64,000 bases of DNA from a virus. Its lineage: Duplodnaviria; Caudoviricetes. How positions within the stretch are numbered: position 1 is the first letter of the stretch; each line of letters begins with the position of its first letter. Below are positions 18,201 to 28,938 of the stretch, in pieces. The notes under the pieces were generated by a model. It saw nothing but the letters and a program-made list of their open reading frames with translations. It was not told the DNA's origin and did not search any database. Both the position numbers and the translations under genes were made by a program. The stretch covers positions 32,001-96,000 of the IMG/VR virus record IMGVR_UViG_3300032324_000909. One strand, 5' to 3'.

Positions 18201-21025
18201 AAACAATTCAAGCTGGTGGTGCCGAAACACTGAGTCGTGGCGCCCGTAACGCATCAAGGCTACAGGCTGGTGCTGGCGCTGCTGGAACAGCGTTGGCTTT
18301 TGCACCGATTATAGCTGAAACCGTTGCCTCATCTATAGATACCACAAATAAAGAAGGTAGAGTTAAATCTGCCGCAGTTACTGGCATTGGAACCGCCCTA
18401 TCTGCCGCTGGTACTGGGGCTTTAGTTGGTAGCGCCTTAGGGCCTGTCGGAACCGCTATTGGTGGGGCGCTTGGTTTGGCTGTCGGCGGATTAACTGCTT
18501 GGACTAAAGCGTTAAATGAGTCGAGGACAAACCTTCCAGAATTGCAGGCATCCACCAAAAAAACATCGGAAGAGCAATCAAGGCTTGCCGAAGTTACTCA
18601 AGCTGTACTTCCAAAATTAGAACAACTGCAAGAATTAAGACAAGGTGGTAATGCTGGTTCTAGAGAGGCCGTAGCGTTAGAAAAAGAAATTAGAGCTATC
18701 GCAAGTAATGCAAGTCCAGAAGCACAAAAGGCTATAAGTGCTGGTGGTCTTGATTTCGCAAAAACTCAAAAAAATCTAACTGATGTATTAAAAACTTTAA
18801 GTGATAGACTAGCAAAACAAGGAGCGGCAGTTCAGTCAACTTCTATTGCTGAAGCCGCTATTGGCGGAAAAATTAATAAAGAACAATTTGGTGCGCAAAT
18901 ATCAAAGCAAGCTATTAGCGGAAAGACTGACGCTGAACTTAAGGCAATGGGTGATGAATTATCATCTGCAACTATTGATTTAAGTAAATTGAGAGGTGCC
19001 CTAGGACTTACTGAGGAGCAAGCTGGAAAATTAGAAGAACAGTTTGGAAATTCTTGGCAGAGTTTTGCACAAGATTTAGCCAAGGCAATTTCAGAAGAAA
19101 AAAGAATAAGACTAGATGGGGCTAGGAATACGGCCAAGGGTTTTGTGGATCGTAATCAGGCGGCCGTAAAAGCCTTACAAGATTTTGAAAACAAGTTGAA
19201 AAAAGTAATATCAAGTATGGATATTGCAACGAGAACAAGCATTGCAACTTCAGGTGCAGAATTTGCTTCGGATTTTAAAAGAACAAAATCAACTGGACAG
19301 GTTGATATTTTAGAGGCACTTGGGTTTGAAAAAGCTGCATCAAACCTTAAAACAAAAAATATATATCAAGATACTATTGGCGCACAGCAAACTAAATCTG
19401 CGGCAGACATAGATGAGGCCATTAAACAGTCTTTAAATACAGCGTTCGAAAAAGCAATACCAACAGCCACTGGAGTTAAAGATGTTAGTCAGTATAATGA
19501 TATAAGAGGTCAGTTAGGTGACTTATCTGGAGTGACTGGCAATCAAGATTTTTCAAAAAAAATTCAAGATATATCTGCTAAAATTGGGTCAGTTAAAACT
19601 AATACAATACAAGGGCCCTTGGGACCATTAGAGCAATATGATACTGAGGGAATGATTTCTGCATTAAAAGAAAATGGGGTTAAAGATGAGGAGCAGCTTA
19701 ATAAACTTAGAGAAACATTCAATAGTAATAATAAATTACTATTCGCTGCGCAAAAAGATGCTGCTACCAAAACTGTTCAGCGTCTGGACGAGTTAATTAA
19801 AGTAACTATTCAGGAAATGGATAAATTGGGTGGAACGATGGATCAGATGTTTAACGATGGCGGAATGGGAGACAATTCAGTGTCAGATAAATTTACAGAG
19901 GCCACAGATAATTTTATTGCCGTACAAAAAGACACGACAGCTACGGACGAACAAAGGGGACAGGCCGCTAGCGATTGGATAAAAGCCTATCAAGCCACAG
20001 GAGGCACTATAGACACAAGCAATCCAATGTATCAAATGGCGGTAGAATCTATGGCTAAAATTGGTCAAAAACAACAGGCGTCAATTGAGGCTAATTTAGC
20101 GAAAGTTGGTTTGGATCCAGCAATGGCTGCAAGAACCGTTAGGCAAACCACTGGTGCGCTTACTTCAGAACAGGGCTTGATGGAGGCGGCAAAGGTTAAG
20201 GCTGGTATAGCATTTAAGCCAACTGATGCTAATATACAAAGCGCGCGAGTTGAACAACTTAGGGGCAAGCAATCTGATATAATAAGCAAACTAGGTCCGG
20301 AAGGCGCTGCTTTATCGGCAACATACGGCGCGGCTACAGAAGAGGCCAATAAAATTCCAGACGGAATAAGAAGTCTAGGAGATGTTTTTACAACGCAGAT
20401 AGGAATGTCAAATGGCTATCTTTCTAATATGGTAAGTATTTTGGGAGGGTTAGCTGGACAAGGTGCGCAGCTTCCGGGCATGGCGGCACAAGAAGTACAA
20501 AAAGGGGGAGACTTGTCAACAATATTTAATCCAGCTGTTGGCATGAATAGTGCGGCTTTAATGGGTGGGCGTAATTTACTAGAATCAGCACCTAACCAAA
20601 TGTATAGAGAAAGGTTCACAATGCCAGATGCCGCACTTGAATCACAAAGGGCTCAGGCCTTACCGGGTTCCCCTCTAGCAAATCCATATCAGGGTATGAT
20701 GCTAAGTACTCAGGGGGAAATGGATGTTATACAAAGACAAAAAGAAGAAACTCAAAGAAATATGACTCAAGCACAAGCGGGCGAATCATCTCTTAGTTTT
20801 AATTCTCCAATTACAATCGCAATAAATGCCGCATCACAAGCTCAGGGGCAACAAATTCAACAAGAGCTTCAAGGTGTTGATCAGGAAATTATTGATGTTA
20901 TACAGGGAAGATTAGCCAAAGTAGAGGCAATAGCAGCCGCAACCGTAACTAAGGATCCAAGTTTAAATCCGCCGCCAAAAAAACCAAAACCTCTTTTCAA
21001 CGTTCTTGGTCTTGACATCACTTAA
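15236..21025 (+). CDS. Tail tape measure protein (TP901-like core) with GYIPNFA repeats and glycine-zipper segments
   Basis: 1929 aa, Ala/Gln-rich helices, core motif GAVIGNSFKTIFTRL, position after chaperones. Confidence 0.9.
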   Translation: MAAQATININANVSSAQAAIQKLVNQQYNLNLNLSTKGNQPLGRITGQLSEFNKSLDAANARVVAFGASATILYGLNKAFESLITSTIEVQKYLADINVILNVSDKQISKFGDSLFNVAKNTGQSFAEVAKAATEFSRQGLGVEETLKRTSEALILSRLSGLDTVKSVEALTAAVNSFASQSVTATQIVNKFATVDAAFAVSSADLAEAISRVGSSASQSGVQLDELIGLVTSAQQTTARGGAVIGNSFKTIFTRLQRGKVVDLLGSLGIETTDASGQLRSTIDLLKDLGRVYDTLGSQQQASVAEAVGGVFQINILKAALSDLGKEYSIYNNAVQISSTATNEATVRNDQLNKTLAAQVNALKQNATQFAAKSGESLFGPALENLVGGGNSLLESLNNVDSESVGGKIGNGILKGLGDIIAGPGLALVGGVLLKLFGDFAKFSAGSVKELLGLNATASQQQGIQASISAILAKNPQLYQQMASGAMSVNQASQVLLTVLQQQTTQMQQQAALTSQISKNLFGAGVRVPKGSQVPVTTKAAGYIPNFADQYAMEEAQAKALGAKNPRAQLSRGTIDGKKFIKNSEEVEIPRFGKNGDSAVIPMYGRGYIPNFAESNAKTSINSNASVLVPEYGTFPNANSVGKNNRDILVTDIPIRGYTKGAVKPAGNLNELIKKQGLQTVADYIKTLQPLGQGVDESVLSQSFLSEKDGGSRGAYGALQGFVGSAFEVAISKSLDYIAAKSTANMADFDVRGGQNADKLKQLFGYAGNLADFKVSASSGNLLSFADKVIKERGGRDAILGSSAEQRTKRKAPGKPARRKPGFASGYIPNFANALNESISREIGAGVPKSGIYTRQYPELVNSSNPMGVGVFNKRDEGSTSADKRAMSNRGYAKGYIPNFAEGDGTSISSTVTAVGAQLTSFATLLAFQIPNVKRSYQEEIATRKAALIQVTTEEISQRREAAKQLSATQTQERNQLAQEIKDRRAKLKTIQAGGAETLSRGARNASRLQAGAGAAGTALAFAPIIAETVASSIDTTNKEGRVKSAAVTGIGTALSAAGTGALVGSALGPVGTAIGGALGLAVGGLTAWTKALNESRTNLPELQASTKKTSEEQSRLAEVTQAVLPKLEQLQELRQGGNAGSREAVALEKEIRAIASNASPEAQKAISAGGLDFAKTQKNLTDVLKTLSDRLAKQGAAVQSTSIAEAAIGGKINKEQFGAQISKQAISGKTDAELKAMGDELSSATIDLSKLRGALGLTEEQAGKLEEQFGNSWQSFAQDLAKAISEEKRIRLDGARNTAKGFVDRNQAAVKALQDFENKLKKVISSMDIATRTSIATSGAEFASDFKRTKSTGQVDILEALGFEKAASNLKTKNIYQDTIGAQQTKSAADIDEAIKQSLNTAFEKAIPTATGVKDVSQYNDIRGQLGDLSGVTGNQDFSKKIQDISAKIGSVKTNTIQGPLGPLEQYDTEGMISALKENGVKDEEQLNKLRETFNSNNKLLFAAQKDAATKTVQRLDELIKVTIQEMDKLGGTMDQMFNDGGMGDNSVSDKFTEATDNFIAVQKDTTATDEQRGQAASDWIKAYQATGGTIDTSNPMYQMAVESMAKIGQKQQASIEANLAKVGLDPAMAARTVRQTTGALTSEQGLMEAAKVKAGIAFKPTDANIQSARVEQLRGKQSDIISKLGPEGAALSATYGAATEEANKIPDGIRSLGDVFTTQIGMSNGYLSNMVSILGGLAGQGAQLPGMAAQEVQKGGDLSTIFNPAVGMNSAALMGGRNLLESAPNQMYRERFTMPDAALESQRAQALPGSPLANPYQGMMLSTQGEMDVIQRQKEETQRNMTQAQAGESSLSFNSPITIAINAASQAQGQQIQQELQGVDQEIIDVIQGRLAKVEAIAAATVTKDPSLNPPPKKPKPLFNVLGLDIT
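16859..17938 (+). repeat. Four GYIPNFA peptide repeats in tape measure
   Basis: At 16859, 17054, 17711, 17918; identical peptide, synonymous DNA differences. Confidence 0.95.
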
Positions 21026-21028
21026 TAA

Positions 21029-22564
21029 ATGAACTTTAATAATGCTACATTACTTTCTGTTTCCAGAACTTCTGAGTTTTTTTCAGATACAGTTCGTTAT
21101 AGAACAGTTAAAAAATTAGCTATAGAAGGTTTATTATTAGACCTGACAAATTCTGATGGTGTTACTGGTATTATTACTGATTTAAAATCTTTTGAACTAG
21201 ATTCTGAAAATTGGCAACCAATAGTAATTAATGGTAATGATTTTGGACTTGGTACAATAACAAGTATTAGTTTTGCCAATGGTAATGATGTAAGAACAAA
21301 AACTTATACTGTCAATATAGACATTCCAGAAGAAGGGGATTTTTCTAGTTTATTGGGAACTGATTATGGTGGACTAACATTTACTTATTCCAAGTACTTG
21401 GAGAACTTCTCCGAATCTAGTACGTTTGATCGTAACTTAAATAAAGATAATTATTCGCAGTCAATTAATTTTAGTTTAAGGGGGCCGTATTCTTTGGACG
21501 CAGTTACAGCGGCCAAAACAATGGCCGAAAACTTCTTTAACAATAATAATTTAATTAATACTGTTGGAAATAAATACAACGATTCGCAGATTAAAAAATA
21601 CTATGATGAAAGTTATGATAGTATTAATAATGAGTATCAATTCTCAAGAAATTTTGAAATAAATAAAGACTCTAATTCTGTTTATTCTTTAAGTTTAAGC
21701 CATAGTATTGATTTTGATAACGCTGGCGTTGGTAAAATAACAGAAAAAGCTGAATATCTTGGACATACAACAACTGCATTTGATACTGCAAACACTCAGG
21801 CAAAAGCTGATATTGCTAATGCTTATTCAAGATGTAATGCTATTTTTACAAACTACCTACCAACTGCTAGTAATAATACTTTAGCTACAAATCCAATAAC
21901 TAAATCTTGGACAGCGGCCCCATTTGAGGGCACTGTTAGTTATACTATAGTTTTCTCTAATACAGAAAGAATTCAAAGCTCTTATTATTGGCAATATGAA
22001 ATTACAGTAGATAAATCGGAAGCTGGGCAATATACACTGACAGAACAGGGAAGTGTTGTTGGTTTTGACCATATTATAGATGTAAAATATCAAAATGCTA
22101 GAAACGGTTGGCTAGCAATTAGTCCAGATATATCTTCAAGATTATCTTCTTATATTAATGGTATTAAGATTGTTACACAGTCAACTACATTTAATAAGGT
22201 TGCTGGAAAAGTAGATTATACTGTAAAATATACAAATTCTGATTCTAATTTGGGTGACAATATAAATATAAGAAAAGCTCTAATAACAATTAGTAAAACT
22301 TTTAATAGAAACTTGGCTAGTACTTTTAATATTATTAATTATAAGGAAATATTACAAAAACAGCCAAATTTATTACCAAATACAATTTCCTATACTGTAA
22401 ACTTGAATGGTAAGGCTACAACCAGTTTGGGGACTTACTTGGCGGCCGCAAGGTCTTATATATCGTCATTAAGCTCTAACGAGTTTTTGTCTGATGTTAG
22501 CTATACTTATAACCCATTTTCAAGAAGTTTTTCTCTAAATGTGTCGATAACTTCATTGCCATAA
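21029..22564 (+). CDS. Tail-tip/distal tail structural protein A
   Basis: Follows tape measure; beta-strand pattern; similar to next gene. Confidence 0.55.
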   Translation: MNFNNATLLSVSRTSEFFSDTVRYRTVKKLAIEGLLLDLTNSDGVTGIITDLKSFELDSENWQPIVINGNDFGLGTITSISFANGNDVRTKTYTVNIDIPEEGDFSSLLGTDYGGLTFTYSKYLENFSESSTFDRNLNKDNYSQSINFSLRGPYSLDAVTAAKTMAENFFNNNNLINTVGNKYNDSQIKKYYDESYDSINNEYQFSRNFEINKDSNSVYSLSLSHSIDFDNAGVGKITEKAEYLGHTTTAFDTANTQAKADIANAYSRCNAIFTNYLPTASNNTLATNPITKSWTAAPFEGTVSYTIVFSNTERIQSSYYWQYEITVDKSEAGQYTLTEQGSVVGFDHIIDVKYQNARNGWLAISPDISSRLSSYINGIKIVTQSTTFNKVAGKVDYTVKYTNSDSNLGDNINIRKALITISKTFNRNLASTFNIINYKEILQKQPNLLPNTISYTVNLNGKATTSLGTYLAAARSYISSLSSNEFLSDVSYTYNPFSRSFSLNVSITSLP

Positions 22565-22576
22565 GTGTTCAAAAAA

Positions 22577-22582
22577 GTGTAA
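22577..22582 (+). promoter_or_regulatory. GTGTAA late promoter
   Basis: Intergenic GTGTAAATAAGT, identical 12-mer to 15198. Confidence 0.6.
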
Positions 22583-22598
22583 ATAAGTATTGGTACTT

Positions 22599-24191
22599 AT
22601 GGTAAAGGTTTTTTACAATGGAATTGATGTTTTTAGTGGCGTAGCACCTACGCCATTCATAGGTATTGATGACGAGTTTATTAGTTATGGTCAGAGATGG
22701 GGGGTGTCAAAAAAGATAACATTACAGGGAATGGTTACTGGTATATGCTCTGATTCTTACTCGGATTTAATATTTAAACAAAACAAGGTTTTTTCTGGTT
22801 TTCGTGAGGATTTTAAAAATCTTGAAATCAAAGAAGATGGGCAATCTCTTTTTAGTGGCAAATATATAAAAATAAACTCTATTGACTTTGATCAGTCTAA
22901 TTATGTTGGTATGTTAAATTTTACTATAGATTTAACATCTTATTCGGAAAACTTATTTACGGGTACGTATGGAGTTTTAGATCCGGTCTCGACTATTAAA
23001 TATACGGAACAGCAAGATGGAACAGTGGCAATTACTAGATCATTTTCAGCGCGAGGATTTAATACTTCAAATGGTACAAATAATGCCCTAAGTAATGCTA
23101 GGTCTTATGTACAATCTTTAACTGGCACTAGTTCTTTAATTCTACCGAAATTTATTAGCGTCACGCCATCGGGATCTAACCTATGCCCAAGAAAAATTTC
23201 AGAAACGGTCAATAGATTTAATTCCGAGTACAGTATTGATATTGATTATCTTTTAAGAAAATGCGCGAAAACTTCTAGTATAATATACTATAATATAGAT
23301 GCAGATTACGATGACGAGAGGGGTTTATATACCGCATCTATTAATGGTAATTTAGATGGTGCTTCGTGCAAAACAATGGCAGAATTAAGGGCGGAATTTG
23401 CTAATTTTAAACCGTATGATATAACATTAACTAATTTTAATAAATTAACTAATTATAACTATTTAAATATTGAACCAGAAAGTTTCTCAATTAATGAGAA
23501 TGATATTGATAACAAGATAGATTTTAATTATAGTTATACAAGTGATCCTCAAAATGTAAAATTTGATTATAGCATAGATATTAATAATGAATTTCTAACC
23601 GATCAGGTTTCAGTTGGTTTTAATGGAACTTTAACAGCAAGGGGGCCAGAGTCTGGCAGGCTGGACAAAGCAGAGGCCGCTTTAAATAATTTGAATATAA
23701 CACCACTATGTCAACAGTTTTATTTACAAAACGTAACTAATCCCAGTTTGCCGATGAATACCAACGCTAAAAATTATAGCGTTAAAAGAGATAAAATAAA
23801 TGGAACTATTTCTATTCAGTCAAGTTTTGATAACAGTCAGATTCCGCCAGCTGGTTTTAAAACTTTTGAATGGAGTTTGTCAATAACCCCTTCAATAAAT
23901 AAATATAATCCAATACAATATCTTAATGGCAATAATGGTGCTTTTAATTTAAACATGTTTAGTCGTGGACAAATTTCAGTACAGGGTAGCGCAACTTTTG
24001 AAACTTCGGATGACAAAACTTCGTTAGTAAGAAACAAGGCAATAGAAATTTTAAATTTATATACTGTGGATTTTAGCAATAGATTAAGAGTTGAAGATAG
24101 GGTTGAAAGAAATTTGCGAGCAGAAGATAATGGATATACATATTCTTTCACTATAAGCGATACCGCAGAAACATCAATTTTTTCAATATAA
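22599..24191 (+). CDS. Tail-tip/distal tail structural protein B (start 22599 ATG or 22590 TTG)
   Basis: Paralog-like to 21029 gene (KKITLQG / KKLAIEG; INSIDFD / ITSISFA). Confidence 0.55.
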   Translation: MVKVFYNGIDVFSGVAPTPFIGIDDEFISYGQRWGVSKKITLQGMVTGICSDSYSDLIFKQNKVFSGFREDFKNLEIKEDGQSLFSGKYIKINSIDFDQSNYVGMLNFTIDLTSYSENLFTGTYGVLDPVSTIKYTEQQDGTVAITRSFSARGFNTSNGTNNALSNARSYVQSLTGTSSLILPKFISVTPSGSNLCPRKISETVNRFNSEYSIDIDYLLRKCAKTSSIIYYNIDADYDDERGLYTASINGNLDGASCKTMAELRAEFANFKPYDITLTNFNKLTNYNYLNIEPESFSINENDIDNKIDFNYSYTSDPQNVKFDYSIDINNEFLTDQVSVGFNGTLTARGPESGRLDKAEAALNNLNITPLCQQFYLQNVTNPSLPMNTNAKNYSVKRDKINGTISIQSSFDNSQIPPAGFKTFEWSLSITPSINKYNPIQYLNGNNGAFNLNMFSRGQISVQGSATFETSDDKTSLVRNKAIEILNLYTVDFSNRLRVEDRVERNLRAEDNGYTYSFTISDTAETSIFSI

Positions 24192-26335
24192 TGTCAAATC
24201 ACTCAGTTCCATATTTTTTAAACTTATATAATAGCGTTGCAAACGATAATTGCAAGGTGTTTTTTGATTTTAATTTAACTGGAAATTCTATTACTAATAT
24301 TAGTGGAATTGGTCCGGAAGTTAGTGGGCAGATAGTTCCAACATTAAATGGTTTCTGGAATAATTCTGGAAATGGATTTTTTTCTGGTAATTCCGTTAAG
24401 ATAACAAATACTGGAAATAATATTAATTTATCAGATAGTACTTATGTAGTAGTTTATGAAAATTTGGCTAGTGGAGGAGGGACTTTAATATCAACAGTAG
24501 ATACCGGAAATAACGGCTCAGGATTATATTACAAGGGCTTTGAATTTGGTTTCACTGCTAATAACACTTTATATTTTGAATATTATACAAATAATGGCCC
24601 TCAGGTTTTCACTTCTAGTTCCACGCTATCGGATAAGGGTTCTGTATATTTAACGGTAACCAATAATGAAATTTCATTTGGTGATTATAATTATTTTTAT
24701 AACAAACTAAATTCTAATAATTTTTTAATTGATAGTAATTATATTTTTGATCCTAAAAATATATACTTAGGTTATAATAGCAATGTAGTAAATAGTTATA
24801 ACTATAATAAAAGATTCACTGGCTATATGCAGCAGTTTATGCTATTTAGTCCTTATGTTTATCTAAATGATATTGTATACTTAAATACTGGTTTTGCGCA
24901 TACTTTTATACCAGATATTACCTATGTGGAACAGGTTACTATTAATGAAATAACTGGATATTCTACTGGCATAGTTCCGTATTATTCAGGTGTAACCGGC
25001 TATTCAATTGTTCCTACTGGTGTTCTTGCTGATGATTTTTGTATTGAGTATACTGGCTATTCCCAAATAGCACTTACTGGTGCAGAATATGGTACTGGAA
25101 TAATACCTCTTTCTGGACAAAGGGTAGTTCAGTCAACTGGATATAGTGGTGCATACGTTGTTTTTAACAGTAATTTTGTTAATTCTTTTGGTAGATCGAA
25201 TATTAATGTATTAAAGAGTATAAAAGATAATGCAGTTGTTGATATGAGTATACCAACTGGTAATTATGATTATACGTATAGAACAAATTTAAGGGGTCAA
25301 TATGACTATGTCAAAAACTGTTTTTTTAATAATTATGACGCTAATTATTTTTACTATATTTCGAAAAATGGATTGGCAAAAATTTCTGGAATAAATATTA
25401 CGAGTGGTTCTGTATATAATACAAGCAACAGTATATCAAATGACTACTTAATTAATTCTAGAAATGAAGTTTTTTTTAGTGATAATTCTAGTGATAATGA
25501 CATGGTTATAATTGATAGCGCTGAAAACGCTTATAATACTAATTTATATATAAAAGATTTTAGTTTGGGCGACTGTTATTCCGAATCCGCAGAAATAAAA
25601 ACTGGATTTTTAGCAACCGGACAGTCAGTAGGTTTTACTGGTGATTGGGTTGACGTATCTTCAGGGGAAAGTTCCTTAATATTTATATATGCTAGTGGCA
25701 CTGGAAGTGGATCATTATCTTTAGAAATTTTAAGTGAGATAAGCGGACTTCAAAGTGGAATTAATATAGCATTAATTAATAATATATCTGGTGGATATTC
25801 GAGTATTATACCTAGATTGAATAATAATTTCAGTAAAATAAGAGCAATTGGTAATGGTTCTTCGCTCAACATGTGGTCTTGGATTACATATAGATTAATT
25901 AATTCTTCCGGCTGCGTGACTTCTGGTTATTACCCATCTGGACTTGGATTTATTCTTGATTGGCCGACCAATAATAGGCTATTCTTTTCTGGCAGGAAAA
26001 TGATTTCTGGAAAAATTGAAAATATTGGAATTAATTGTGATTATGCTGTAACCCCATCGGGTTTATATTTTGATGAATATAATGGGATTTTTTCTTACGG
26101 CTCTGGAGATTTGTTATTACTGCCAACCATATTTGATTATAATATCACTGGAAATAGTAATTTACTTAAAGCTAAAAATAGATATTATACTAACTATTCG
26201 GAAGTATATTTATCTGGAAAACGTTTAAATATTGGAATGGATTATTTAGAGCTACCTAATTTTGACAGTAATGCTGGCAGTGGTATTTTTGATATAAATA
26301 CTGATATATTGTATAATAGTAATATACTCCTCTAA
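24191..26335 (+). CDS. Virion protein with N-terminal LamG/concanavalin-like domain, S/T-G rich
   Basis: IYLG...FTGYMQQFMLFS LamG-like ending; about 45 SG/TG dipeptides by manual count. Confidence 0.55.
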   Translation: MSNHSVPYFLNLYNSVANDNCKVFFDFNLTGNSITNISGIGPEVSGQIVPTLNGFWNNSGNGFFSGNSVKITNTGNNINLSDSTYVVVYENLASGGGTLISTVDTGNNGSGLYYKGFEFGFTANNTLYFEYYTNNGPQVFTSSSTLSDKGSVYLTVTNNEISFGDYNYFYNKLNSNNFLIDSNYIFDPKNIYLGYNSNVVNSYNYNKRFTGYMQQFMLFSPYVYLNDIVYLNTGFAHTFIPDITYVEQVTINEITGYSTGIVPYYSGVTGYSIVPTGVLADDFCIEYTGYSQIALTGAEYGTGIIPLSGQRVVQSTGYSGAYVVFNSNFVNSFGRSNINVLKSIKDNAVVDMSIPTGNYDYTYRTNLRGQYDYVKNCFFNNYDANYFYYISKNGLAKISGINITSGSVYNTSNSISNDYLINSRNEVFFSDNSSDNDMVIIDSAENAYNTNLYIKDFSLGDCYSESAEIKTGFLATGQSVGFTGDWVDVSSGESSLIFIYASGTGSGSLSLEILSEISGLQSGINIALINNISGGYSSIIPRLNNNFSKIRAIGNGSSLNMWSWITYRLINSSGCVTSGYYPSGLGFILDWPTNNRLFFSGRKMISGKIENIGINCDYAVTPSGLYFDEYNGIFSYGSGDLLLLPTIFDYNITGNSNLLKAKNRYYTNYSEVYLSGKRLNIGMDYLELPNFDSNAGSGIFDINTDILYNSNILL

Positions 26336-26337
26336 TC

Positions 26338-28920
26338 ATGTCAAATAAAATTTTAACAGTTAGCGATATTGGGGGGAATTTTTTTGGAGGACTTCCATAT
26401 AATATATCTTGGGATTTTAATGATGGGTCATCCCCATCCACGCTATCTGTAAGTGTAATAACTGAAAATGGCCAATATCCGGATATTGATGGTCAATTAA
26501 CTTTTAATAATGTGGCTAGAGTTACGATAGGTAATTTTATTTTTAATGGGTATCTAGTCGCTTATGATATAAGCAAGTCACCAGATCAGAAAATATTAAA
26601 TTTAAAATATATAGATAAGAGTGCGGACTTGGAAAGATGGTATGTTGGTCTTCGTAAGAGGCATGGAAGTCAGACAGGTACTTCTGGAAAACGTTTAATA
26701 ATTGTTGGAAAAGAATATCATCCGTGTGATCAAAATTATGATTCCACTGTAAGTTATCAAGAATTAAATTCAAATATTATAGACCCTTGTGATCCTTGTC
26801 CTTTTACTCCAGAAAATAAATATCAAAACACATGCGATCAAACTTTGGCAGATTTTCAAATCTTAGAAGTGTATTATACATTTAATGAGTTACTAAATCA
26901 ATTGCCACTACCCTACGATGCGCCCTCTAATATTAATAATAGATTTCGCGCACAACATACCGGCAAATTAAAGGATGTTTTGGGTGCATGGTGTTCTGAT
27001 TTGGGATTGGCTTATTATTGGGATCCAATAAATAATAAGTTGTTTTTTGTAGATAGAAAACACCCATTAAAAATCCCCGCAATTTCGGAGTTAGAAGGAA
27101 TTAGTAATGTTATTGATTTGCAATATGGGGGTAGTAAACAAAATACATTTAGTAGGGGGTTCTTAGGTTACTTTGCCAAAGAAGGTAAAGTACAAAACTA
27201 TACATGCGAATTATCTCAAAGCCAATCTTTCCAAAATCTCAAGTGCTTAACAATGAAGGATCTGCTTAATCCAACAGTTTCTGCAGAACAAAATCCTGCG
27301 GGAGTTAATTTTTTAAAAATGAAGGAATTTCAAGCTATGCTATCTCAGTATGGTAGGGCAACTAGGGATGCTGTTTTATGGTTTTACTCTTATAGGATAC
27401 TAAATGCAGCTAATTTAAATGCATATAAGTATAGTTCAGGTGGTGGTGGTCAGGAACAGTTAAAAATATTGCAGGAACTTGGTAATATGAAAATATTAGA
27501 TATTTATTCAATTAATAATAATAGTGCTAATTTTATTTCATGTAAGAAAAAACTTTCAAAAGAAGAGATAAATGCATTAAAAGAGTTCGATATAAGTAAG
27601 GGAAGAGATCCGGCCACAAATCCTTCTTATTATTTTTTTGTTGCTGAACTTAGTGAAGATTTGGCGGAGCAGCAGTTTAATGATTCTGAATATATAGCCA
27701 AAAACTTTTTGGGTAAATTCTGGCTTAAAAAATTTAATACCCCAATACCCGGAGCGACTAACAGTAGCACTCAAATGACAGCAGAAGGTCCAGACGGTAA
27801 TGTAAATTGGTATCCAGCGCGTGAAGACTTGAGCGGCTTGGATATTTTTAATTTTGGACATCAGACTGGTTCTTTAGTTGGTAATTTAAAGGATGCTTTA
27901 CAGTCAGAACAAATAAGTAATCAAAACCCATTTACTCAGGCTAATGGCGGAGACTCGGCTAAAAAAATTCGTGCAAATAGTTCTTTTTTATTGTTAAATA
28001 GAGATGCTAAATGGAGTCCAAGTGGTGATAATTTAAAATATTATGATACTCTTTTTAAATGGTACGAAGAGCACGTACCGAAGGTATTTGGCAATGCAGA
28101 GGGAAGGCCAGATTTTCTTTATAAGTTATATCCAGAAGCAAAAAAAAATCCAAATATTAAATTATTCTTTGCAAGGGAATTACCATCCTTCAATGTAACT
28201 GTGGCTGATAGCAATCACCCTTTGGACACACCAAGCCCAACCGATAAAACAGTATCGCTAGAGGCAACTGATGGGTCACAAGTAACCAGATCCTTGGGTA
28301 GGTATGGCCTCAGAAGCAATAAATGTGTTAAAATTACATTACCGGGCATGGAAATATTTACTCCATCGCAATGTTTAAGTGATGCATGGACTAATATTAA
28401 TGATGGGGATTCTGGTTATGATATTTATTTGGAAGCTCGTACTAATTTCCCTAAAGTAATACCAAAAATTCAATATACTATAAATAGGGATATAAATAGT
28501 GAAGATGCGGCACAAATTGATTATTATTTAAAAGAAATTAGAGAAGATAACTTAAACTCAATAAGAGGTCCTAATACAAATTGTATTATACCAATAGATG
28601 ATATCAAAAGATATGTAGATTCTATTTATGAAAACTCTAACTATGAAATGACAGAAGTGCAAAAAACGGCATCATTTAAGGTAGCTGGTTTAATGCCAGT
28701 TCAGAATTATGGTGTAAGCGATGGACTTTCTTCCGTACAGATAACTGTATCAGATAATGGTATATATACTTCTTATTCATTTGAAGATAAAGTAGTACAA
28801 CCGCCAAGTGAAGACTATATAATGCAGAATTTAATAGATAAAACTAAACCAATTGGTAGTCTAGATGGCAATATGCCCACAACAAATCACATTAACTTCC
28901 TAAGAGATTCTGGTGTATAA
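26338..28920 (+). CDS. Putative baseplate hub/tail tip protein
   Basis: Hub-like N-terminus (FNGYLVAYDI...YIDKS; LKDVLGAWCSDLGLAYYWD). Confidence 0.5.
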   Translation: MSNKILTVSDIGGNFFGGLPYNISWDFNDGSSPSTLSVSVITENGQYPDIDGQLTFNNVARVTIGNFIFNGYLVAYDISKSPDQKILNLKYIDKSADLERWYVGLRKRHGSQTGTSGKRLIIVGKEYHPCDQNYDSTVSYQELNSNIIDPCDPCPFTPENKYQNTCDQTLADFQILEVYYTFNELLNQLPLPYDAPSNINNRFRAQHTGKLKDVLGAWCSDLGLAYYWDPINNKLFFVDRKHPLKIPAISELEGISNVIDLQYGGSKQNTFSRGFLGYFAKEGKVQNYTCELSQSQSFQNLKCLTMKDLLNPTVSAEQNPAGVNFLKMKEFQAMLSQYGRATRDAVLWFYSYRILNAANLNAYKYSSGGGGQEQLKILQELGNMKILDIYSINNNSANFISCKKKLSKEEINALKEFDISKGRDPATNPSYYFFVAELSEDLAEQQFNDSEYIAKNFLGKFWLKKFNTPIPGATNSSTQMTAEGPDGNVNWYPAREDLSGLDIFNFGHQTGSLVGNLKDALQSEQISNQNPFTQANGGDSAKKIRANSSFLLLNRDAKWSPSGDNLKYYDTLFKWYEEHVPKVFGNAEGRPDFLYKLYPEAKKNPNIKLFFARELPSFNVTVADSNHPLDTPSPTDKTVSLEATDGSQVTRSLGRYGLRSNKCVKITLPGMEIFTPSQCLSDAWTNINDGDSGYDIYLEARTNFPKVIPKIQYTINRDINSEDAAQIDYYLKEIREDNLNSIRGPNTNCIIPIDDIKRYVDSIYENSNYEMTEVQKTASFKVAGLMPVQNYGVSDGLSSVQITVSDNGIYTSYSFEDKVVQPPSEDYIMQNLIDKTKPIGSLDGNMPTTNHINFLRDSGV

Positions 28921-28923
28921 AAA

Positions 28924-28929
28924 GTGTAA
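28924..28929 (+). promoter_or_regulatory. GTGTAA late promoter, 9 nt before ATG
   Basis: GTGTAA-ataattttt-ATG. Confidence 0.6.
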
Positions 28930-28938
28930 ATAATTTTT

